DNA of 64,000 nt, from positions 25,504-89,503 of the forward strand of contig CAYWPF010000025.1 in assembly GCA_964460065.1 (NCBI GenBank). Direction: 5' to 3'. A model generated the notes under the pieces. It did not search any database, was not told the DNA's origin, and worked only from the letters and a program-made list of their open reading frames with translations. This document shows positions 57,775-64,000 of the stretch, one piece after another. Position 1 is the stretch's first letter, and each line of letters opens with the position of its first letter. Made by a program: the position numbers and the translations under genes. This stretch comes from an uncultured Enterobacteriaceae bacterium (GTDB lineage: Bacteria; Desulfobacterota; Binatia; Bin18).

Positions 57775-60492
57775 ATGGTATTGAATTTTGTCGCGGGGGG
57801 ATGCCTCTTATTGATCGCCCTATTCTGCGAAGTGGCGCCAGGCGTATCTACTGTGCTGGCGCAAGATTCTGAGTTGACCGAGGAAGCCATACCCGAAGAC
57901 CTTTCAGATGACGTGTTCGAGTTCGACGAATCGCAAGAGCCTCTAGGCGAGGCAAATCAAACGGCAGACGAAAACGAGGAGCTTGGCGACGCAGGCCAGG
58001 ATACTGGAGATGATGCGTTTCGGTTCGCGGGTGAGGGTGACGCGGGACCGGCCGACGATCCAGGAGGGTATGGAGAGAACTATACAAATGCTGGCGATTC
58101 GGAAGAGAATACGGGGTCGCCCGTAACGGTCATAGACGACCTGGTTATCGGAGGGAATGATCGGGTCGAGGAAGAGGCGATACGCATTCGGACTACTGTT
58201 TTGTCGGGAGCCGAGCTAGATGCGGACGCCGTCGATGCTGACGTACGAGCGATTTATGATATGGGGTTCTTCAATAACGTAGAAGCCCGGTTAGAACTGG
58301 AAAATGGCCGAAACATATTGACGTATTGGGTGAGTGAACGGCCTCTCATAAGAGAGGTGCGTTTCGAGGGGAACAAAAAACTGGACCAAGAGTCGTTAGA
58401 GGTGGCGCTGAAGATTCACCCGCGCACCATACTGAACCCGGTACGTATCAGGAGAGGGATAGAGGACGCGAAAAAAGCCTATGAAGAGAAAGGCTATCTT
58501 GATACTGATATTTCCTACCGGGCAGAACATGTCGGTGCGGGAGAAACGGCCGTTACGTTTACAATACAGGAACATAAACCGACAGGCATTGCAAAAATCC
58601 AGTTCGAGGGAAACGAGTCATTTCCTGATGCCCGGTTACAAGGCATCATGGCTACCAGAGAAAAAAACTTCCTTTCTAGATTCATGAGCCATGGGACACT
58701 CAACAGAGAGGCGCTGAAGACGGACACGGAGAGGATCACGGCGTGGTATTATGACAATGGTTTTATCAACGTAAAGGTGGATGAGCCCAAGGTGGAACGC
58801 GAAGATGAAGGCATGCGTGTCACCATTCGTATAGATGAAGGCGAGCAGTATACGCTGGGCGAAGTCCATATCGTCGGTGATTTTCCTGGTAGTGAAGATC
58901 AGGCCCTGCGCACCGTGGCGCTGCAGGAGGGAGAAGTCTTCAAAGCAAGCCACCTTCGTGAAGATGTTTTCCGGTTGACCGGGTATTTTAGTAATTTTGG
59001 ATTTGCCTTTGTCAATGTTGAACCGGAAACGCAGGTTGAGCAAGACGACAGTGTAGTGAATATCTCTTACCGCGTAGATAAAGGACCCGAAGTTTACGTG
59101 GACCGTATAGACATCGCTGGTAATACCAAGACACGCGACAAGGTTATTCGACGCGAATTGCGTGTTAGGGAACAGAGTAAGTTTAACGCGACAGGAATAG
59201 AGCACAGTCGCGGCAGGGTGTCCCGTCTTGGGTTTTTCCAAGATGTCAACATTGCTACCCGCCGCGGTGCGCGAAGTGATCTTCTCAATGTGCTCGTCGA
59301 TGTCAAAGAAGCGCAGACCGGGGCATTCAGCGTCGGCGCCGGTTTTAACACCGCTACCAGCTTGATTGGGTCGGCCCGTATTCAGGAAACCAATCTCATG
59401 GGATACGGGCACCAGTTCATTATTAGTGGAAGTCTCGGGAGCCGCTACCGCAATTCCACCCTGAGTTGGACGAATCCCTACGTGATGGATACGCACATGA
59501 CTCTCGGTGTCGAGCTGTTTGACTGGCGTTTTGCGTTTGAAGACTTTGACCGTGCGGGCACCGGCGGCGGCGTACGAGTGTATTATCCAATTGACCAGCT
59601 TGGACTGAAAACTCTTTGGGGATTTCCGTTGGAAGACATCTCGATTGGTATGAACTATCAATGGGAAAAGTCCCATATAAGCAACTTTGAGCCGATAGCC
59701 CCCGACGCCGTGCGGGCGGAAAAGGGTTCTGAGACTACCAGTAAAATCACGCCCACTATCCGCAGAGACAATTTGAATCATCCCATGGACCCAACGGATG
59801 GAGGGTTTCAACAGATTATGTTCACTCAGGCGGGACTCGGGGGTGACACTACCTACAGTAAAGCTGAGTTCCAAGCGCAATATTATTTCCCCGTTTACCG
59901 ACATCCAAGGTTCGGGCAATTGACCTGGATGTCCAACAATTTTTTTGGTTATGGGTTGGGCGATATTGATTTTAGATACGAGCCTATTGTGGGGGGAGAA
60001 AGCGAAAAGATTCTAGAGGACGATCTACCCTTGTTTGATAGATATTTTCCGGGCGGATTGAATTCGATTAGAGGTTTTGGAGAGAGGAGTCTCGGACCGC
60101 GGGAGCCGGTAACGGTTTTGATAAATGACGACGATTCACCAAATGGTGTTCGTGCTGAGACGTTCCATCGCCCCATTGGCGGAAGCCAGCAGGTGACATT
60201 CCAAAATGAATTACGATTTCCTATCGTCAAACAGTTGAACTTGAGGGGGGCCGTCTTCAACGATATCGGAAATGCCTTTACCGCTGAGCAAGGCGTTGAT
60301 TTCGGGGATTTGAGATATTCCGTCGGCGCCGGCGTGCGTTGGAAGTCGCCGTTTGGCCCTATACGGATAGATCTTGCTAAGGCCCTGAACGCAAAGAAAA
60401 ATGAAAGGACAAGTAAGATACATTTCTCCTTTGGCGGGTCTGGCGCGAGTGGTGGTATAGGGGGCGGCCGCGGTCGGTTCGGAGGATTCTAG
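57775..60492 (+). CDS. bamA: Outer-membrane protein assembly factor BamA (Omp85)
   Basis: 905 aa. Signal peptide, POTRA repeats and a C-terminal 16-strand barrel. Confidence 0.9.
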   Translation: MVLNFVAGGCLLLIALFCEVAPGVSTVLAQDSELTEEAIPEDLSDDVFEFDESQEPLGEANQTADENEELGDAGQDTGDDAFRFAGEGDAGPADDPGGYGENYTNAGDSEENTGSPVTVIDDLVIGGNDRVEEEAIRIRTTVLSGAELDADAVDADVRAIYDMGFFNNVEARLELENGRNILTYWVSERPLIREVRFEGNKKLDQESLEVALKIHPRTILNPVRIRRGIEDAKKAYEEKGYLDTDISYRAEHVGAGETAVTFTIQEHKPTGIAKIQFEGNESFPDARLQGIMATREKNFLSRFMSHGTLNREALKTDTERITAWYYDNGFINVKVDEPKVEREDEGMRVTIRIDEGEQYTLGEVHIVGDFPGSEDQALRTVALQEGEVFKASHLREDVFRLTGYFSNFGFAFVNVEPETQVEQDDSVVNISYRVDKGPEVYVDRIDIAGNTKTRDKVIRRELRVREQSKFNATGIEHSRGRVSRLGFFQDVNIATRRGARSDLLNVLVDVKEAQTGAFSVGAGFNTATSLIGSARIQETNLMGYGHQFIISGSLGSRYRNSTLSWTNPYVMDTHMTLGVELFDWRFAFEDFDRAGTGGGVRVYYPIDQLGLKTLWGFPLEDISIGMNYQWEKSHISNFEPIAPDAVRAEKGSETTSKITPTIRRDNLNHPMDPTDGGFQQIMFTQAGLGGDTTYSKAEFQAQYYFPVYRHPRFGQLTWMSNNFFGYGLGDIDFRYEPIVGGESEKILEDDLPLFDRYFPGGLNSIRGFGERSLGPREPVTVLINDDDSPNGVRAETFHRPIGGSQQVTFQNELRFPIVKQLNLRGAVFNDIGNAFTAEQGVDFGDLRYSVGAGVRWKSPFGPIRIDLAKALNAKKNERTSKIHFSFGGSGASGGIGGGRGRFGGF

Positions 60493-60561
60493 TTTTTGTT
60501 CTCTGGTGAGTGAATATCGGTAGAGGCAGTATAGCATAAAGGCAGTAACACGGAGAAAATT

Positions 60562-61104
60562 ATGTATTGGAAAACGATTGTATGTTGCATCCTCGGAGCG
60601 CTGCTCGTCGTGACGGCGAGATCGGGCCAGGCCGAAGATATAAAGGTAGGGTACGTAGATCTTCAGGCAGCCCTAAACACATCCACCGCTGGGAAAAAGG
60701 CTAAAGACAGTTTTAAGTCCGAAGTTGGGCGTATGGAGCAGAAGCTCGAGAAGCGAAGAACTAACGTGGAGAAACTAAAGGAGGAGCTCGAAAAGAAGGC
60801 TTTACTGCTTCGAGATGATGAGCGGCTCGCTTTGCAGAGAGATTATAGGCAGGAGCTTCGCGATTTCGAACGGCTCTACAAAGATTCGCAAGAAGAACTG
60901 AAACTTAGGGACCGCGAGTTAACCGCCCGTATTTTGGTAGAATTGCGTCAGGTCGTGAATGACCTTGGGGAAAAGGGCAGTTATTCCGTAATCCTCGAGG
61001 GTAACAATACTGTCGTTCTCTACGGTTCCAAGAGCATCGACCTCACAGAAAACGTTATCAAGGAGTACAACAAGAAAGGGACAAAAATCTCTTTCAAGCG
61101 ATAG
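60562..61104 (+). CDS. skp: Periplasmic chaperone Skp/OmpH
   Basis: 180 aa. Signal peptide then charged coiled-coil arms (KLKEELEKKALLLRDDERLALQRDYRQEL). Confidence 0.85.
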   Translation: MYWKTIVCCILGALLVVTARSGQAEDIKVGYVDLQAALNTSTAGKKAKDSFKSEVGRMEQKLEKRRTNVEKLKEELEKKALLLRDDERLALQRDYRQELRDFERLYKDSQEELKLRDRELTARILVELRQVVNDLGEKGSYSVILEGNNTVVLYGSKSIDLTENVIKEYNKKGTKISFKR

Positions 61105-61158
61105 TTGTACCACGGTCACCACAGTCGCCGGCTGGATACAATTCTACAGTTACTGACC

Positions 61159-61632
61159 ATGGACAACGTATCGATCGAATCTCTTTTGCCTCATCGGTAC
61201 CCCTTCCTTTTGGTTGACCGTATTGTGACGGTAGTTTCAGGCAAGCGTATCACGGCACTGAAAAATGTCACCGTGAACGAACCGTTTTTTACGGGCCATT
61301 TTCCTGGGCACCCGATAATGCCGGGCGTACTGATATGCGAGGCGGTTGTTCAAGCAGGCGGAATTCTGGCCCGTTCTACTGCGGGGCAGGAGGACGAAAC
61401 GCTTCTGTCTGAAATTCCAGACGGCCGACTGGCTATGTTGACCGGATTAGACAAAGTTCGTTTTAGGCGCCAGGTAGTGCCTGGTGATCAACTTGTCATG
61501 GAGGCTGAAATTTTGCGTCGTCGCGGTACTTTCTGGAAAATGCACGGATCCGCGCGAGTGAATGATGAACTCGCGGCAGAGTTGGAGTTCACTGTTGTGG
61601 ATGTGGATTCTACAGGGGAGAATGGTTTGTGA
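61159..61632 (+). CDS. fabZ: 3-hydroxyacyl-ACP dehydratase
   Basis: Hotdog fold (LLPHRYPFLLVDRIV...FFTGHFPGHPIMPGVL). I trimmed the start to MDNVSIE. Confidence 0.9.
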   Translation: MDNVSIESLLPHRYPFLLVDRIVTVVSGKRITALKNVTVNEPFFTGHFPGHPIMPGVLICEAVVQAGGILARSTAGQEDETLLSEIPDGRLAMLTGLDKVRFRRQVVPGDQLVMEAEILRRRGTFWKMHGSARVNDELAAELEFTVVDVDSTGENGL

Positions 61633-62465
61633 GCGACGAGATAGACGAGATAATAGTGCATCCCACGGCGGTGGTTGAGCCTGGTGCGGAACTCGGGATT
61701 GGCGTAAGCGTAGGAGCCTACACAGTTATCCGGTCGGGCGTCCGTATCGGAAAGCATACCTCTATCGGACCGCATTGTGTGATTGAAGGACGAACGACAA
61801 TAGGCGAAAAGAATAGTATTTTTCAGTTTGCAAGTGTGGGTGCTATCCCCCAAGATAAGAAATATAGTGGTGAGGATAGCCGGCTTGAGATCGGGAACCG
61901 CAACACCATTCGTGAATTTGCGACACTCAACATTGGGACCTCGGGTGGAGGAATGGTAACGTCCATCGGAGATGATAACTTGTTTATGGTCTATTCGCAT
62001 GTAGGCCACGACTGTTCGATCGGCAACCACGTGATAATGGCAAACTGCGCAACTCTTGCCGGTCACGTCACTATCGAGGACTATGTTGGCGTGGGCGGCC
62101 TTGCCGCGATTCATCAGTTCACAAGAATAGGGGAATCTGCTTATCTTGGCGGTGGGGCCATGGTGTCTCTGGATGTGCCACCGTTCTGTGTTGCCCAAGG
62201 GGACCGAGCCCGGCTCTTTGGTCTAAATTTGGTTGGTCTAAAGAGACGGGGTCTTCAGGAAGACGAGATGACCGCTTTAAAAAAAGCTTATCGTACTCTT
62301 TTTGCGGAGGGACTTAACCTGAAGGAGGCGGTAGAGCGTGTTTCCGAAGAACAGGTTGGATCTCCCGAGGCCCGACGCCTAGCCGCATTTATAGGTGCGT
62401 CTGAGCGGGGTATTTGTCGTCCCAGGGGCACTACAAATCACGATAGCGAAGAGTCCGGTGGCTAA
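61629..62465 (+). CDS. lpxA: Acyl-ACP--UDP-N-acetylglucosamine O-acyltransferase
   Basis: 278 aa. Left-handed beta-helix hexapeptide repeats. IHPTAVVEPGAELG start typical of LpxA. ATGA overlap with fabZ. Confidence 0.9.
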   Translation: MSDEIDEIIVHPTAVVEPGAELGIGVSVGAYTVIRSGVRIGKHTSIGPHCVIEGRTTIGEKNSIFQFASVGAIPQDKKYSGEDSRLEIGNRNTIREFATLNIGTSGGGMVTSIGDDNLFMVYSHVGHDCSIGNHVIMANCATLAGHVTIEDYVGVGGLAAIHQFTRIGESAYLGGGAMVSLDVPPFCVAQGDRARLFGLNLVGLKRRGLQEDEMTALKKAYRTLFAEGLNLKEAVERVSEEQVGSPEARRLAAFIGASERGICRPRGTTNHDSEESGG

Positions 62466-62498
62466 CCGGTTAGCGATGACAATAAGGATATCGATTGG

Positions 62499-63332
62499 AT
62501 GGTGGCTCTAGGTGTCATAGCGGGCAATAGTGCATTTCCGTTGATTTTTTCAAAAGCGGCTACAGAACAGGGGTTTGAGGTAGTTGCAGTGGCGCATGAG
62601 GGGGAAACGCCTTCGGAGATCATTGAACATGCTGCCCATGTAACGTGGGTGCGCGTGGGGGAGCTCGGAAAGATAATTGAGACCTTCCAGGAAGCAGGTG
62701 TTGAGCAGGCTGTAATGGCAGGCGGCATATATAAGGCTGGGGCTATGACAGGAATACGCCCTGATGCCAGAGGGGTTGCTTTGATTAGTCGTTTGCCCAG
62801 CCTAAGAGACGATGTGATTCTGCGGGCCGTTGCAAGCGAACTCGAAGAGGAAGGGATTGCGATCGTCGAGTGTACGCGCTTCCTTTCTGCTTTGGTGCCC
62901 CAAGTCGGCGTTCTGACACAAAAGAGACCTAGCGCCGAACAAGAGGAAAACATACAACTAGGCATGAGCGTGGCACAGGAAATCGGACGGTGGGATGTAG
63001 GACAGAGCGTTATTGTGAAGCGGGGAACGGTTTTGGCCGTCGAAGGGGTAGAAGGTACAAATGCCGCGATCAAACGTGGAGGAGAATTTGGTGGAAAAGG
63101 ATGTGTCGTTGTAAAAATGAGTAAACAAAAACAAGACATGCGATTTGATGTTCCCACGGTAGGGCCAGATACAATCGTCGTGATGGAGCAAGTGAAGGCC
63201 GACGTATTGGCAGTTGAGGCAGAAAAGACATTAATGATCGACCGGTCTAGCGTGGTAAAGAATGCGGAAGCTGCGGGAATCGTAGTCGTCGCAATAGATG
63301 GAAACCGCCCTGTTGGAGCCTGCTCCTCATGA
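62499..63332 (+). CDS. lpxI: UDP-2,3-diacylglucosamine hydrolase LpxI (DUF1009 family)
   Basis: 277 aa. LGVIAGNSAFPL...AVMAGGI...GTNAAIKRG are LpxI/DUF1009 hallmarks. Confidence 0.8.
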   Translation: MVALGVIAGNSAFPLIFSKAATEQGFEVVAVAHEGETPSEIIEHAAHVTWVRVGELGKIIETFQEAGVEQAVMAGGIYKAGAMTGIRPDARGVALISRLPSLRDDVILRAVASELEEEGIAIVECTRFLSALVPQVGVLTQKRPSAEQEENIQLGMSVAQEIGRWDVGQSVIVKRGTVLAVEGVEGTNAAIKRGGEFGGKGCVVVKMSKQKQDMRFDVPTVGPDTIVVMEQVKADVLAVEAEKTLMIDRSSVVKNAEAAGIVVVAIDGNRPVGACSS

Positions 63333-64000
63333 ATGCGAAAAAAAGTCTTAGTCTGTGTGGCGTGGTTGTTGCTTTTCTCATTGCTGTGGGCGAATCGCGA
63401 CCCGCGTTTGCGATCATTCAGGCTGAATTAGAGAGTATCAGAGAGGGTCAGGTTGTAAGTGGGATTGTGCCTCTATCGGGGTGGGCCTTTTCGAGTTCTG
63501 GTCTGCCGGTGTCGGTGGAGCTGTTCATTGACGATGTTTCCCACGGAATTGTTCCGTGTTGCGTGGATCGTCCCGACGTAGAAGAAGTCTTTGGGGCCTC
63601 CGCTGGTGAAAGCGGGTTTGGCCAAGTGTTTAATTTTGGCCGTCTTGAAGGAATAGGAGAGGGCGCGGGCGGTGACGTCACGACAGGGCTTCATCGAATA
63701 CGCGTAGAAATAAGGGCGGGCGCCGGCGAAAGTATGAGCATTGAGCGCGCGGTGACGGTAGTGCGGCCCGGTGGATACGAATTCCTTGAGCGCCCTAGCT
63801 TATTGGGAACGAAAAGAGTCGAGATCAACGACGCAGAGGAAGTGGTTATAGAGAACGTTGTTGTCCGAGATAGCGCCAGCGAGACGTATTCTACAGTGAC
63901 TTTGCGTTTGGCTTGGGAGCCCAATATACAGCAGTTGGTGATTGTTGGGTCCGACACGACAGCGTCTGGCCTGACAGACTATAGTGTCTTTGAGCCGCTC
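63329..64000 (+). CDS. Secreted hypothetical protein, 3'-partial (runs off the window end)
   Basis: The ATG at 63329 overlaps the lpxI stop (ATGA). My hand translation found no stop to position 64000. Signal peptide MNAKKSLSLCGVVVAFLIAVGESRPAFA. Confidence 0.5.
   Translation, partial: MNAKKSLSLCGVVVAFLIAVGESRPAFAIIQAELESIREGQVVSGIVPLSGWAFSSSGLPVSVELFIDDVSHGIVPCCVDRPDVEEVFGASAGESGFGQVFNFGRLEGIGEGAGGDVTTGLHRIRVEIRAGAGESMSIERAVTVVRPGGYEFLERPSLLGTKRVEINDAEEVVIENVVVRDSASETYSTVTLRLAWEPNIQQLVIVGSDTTASGLTDYSVFEPL

Noticed and set aside
58636-59919. 427-aa ORF antisense within bamA
   Set aside because: It lies entirely inside, and opposite to, a strongly recognisable BamA coding sequence. It has no RBS and reads as low-complexity translation. 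Long antisense ORFs are expected by chance in GC-rich coding DNA.
1-64000. CRISPR arrays, IS elements, integrases, phage genes and toxin-antitoxin pairs
   Set aside because: I saw no regularly spaced direct repeats, no transposase, recombinase or phage-like ORFs, and no small paired ORFs with TA-like features.

Overview
The window is a 64 kb, gene-dense (~90% coding) chromosomal segment from a diderm (Gram-negative) bacterium; GC content looks mid-50s % by eye. I found no rRNA, tRNA, CRISPR array, transposase or integrase.

The content falls into two parts:
- From about 0.1 to 53 kb, catabolic 'accessory' genes are interleaved with housekeeping genes. The catabolic set comprises five luciferase-like (LLM) flavin/F420 oxidoreductase paralogues, two amidase-signature enzymes, two metal-dependent amidohydrolases, two and a half VOC/glyoxalase genes, two carboxymuconolactone-decarboxylase-family genes, two M20 peptidases, three crotonases, two acyl-CoA dehydrogenases, a TPP-dependent lyase/decarboxylase, an AcuI-type reductase, a PrpF-family isomerase, an HpaB/AbfD-family flavoprotein with a separate flavin reductase and Rieske ferredoxin, MFS and EamA transporters, and cupin, NTF2 and DUF309 proteins. 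The housekeeping genes among them are ldh, ilvE, pdxJ, upp, infA, pepF, eno, ftsB, pyrF and proS.
- From about 53 to 64 kb there is a conserved envelope/translation block: selB, lolC-lolD, bamA, skp, fabZ, lpxA, lpxI and a 5'-partial secreted protein.

I cannot name a single compact novel system from sequence alone. The items most worth follow-up are:
- a 35-aa Lys/Ala-rich basic protein with a strong RBS and terminator downstream of eno;
- a 67-aa C2H2-like zinc-finger protein with a Lys-rich tail;
- a short leucine-rich-repeat protein;
- an IF-1 with an Arg/Gly/Lys-rich N-terminal extension, preceded by a terminator-like hairpin abutting its Shine-Dalgarno sequence;
- BamA with an ~90-aa acidic disordered insert before POTRA1 and a Gly-rich C-terminal tail;
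- an skp-fabZ-lpxA-lpxI arrangement that lacks lpxD and lpxB;
- an orphan selB;
- a decayed tandem VOC gene broken by an in-frame TAG;
- a split EamA transporter pair;
- an HpaB/AbfD-family protein that seems to lack the AbfD Fe-S ligand set.

All functional calls rest on motif and family recognition by eye against remembered sequences, not on database searches.
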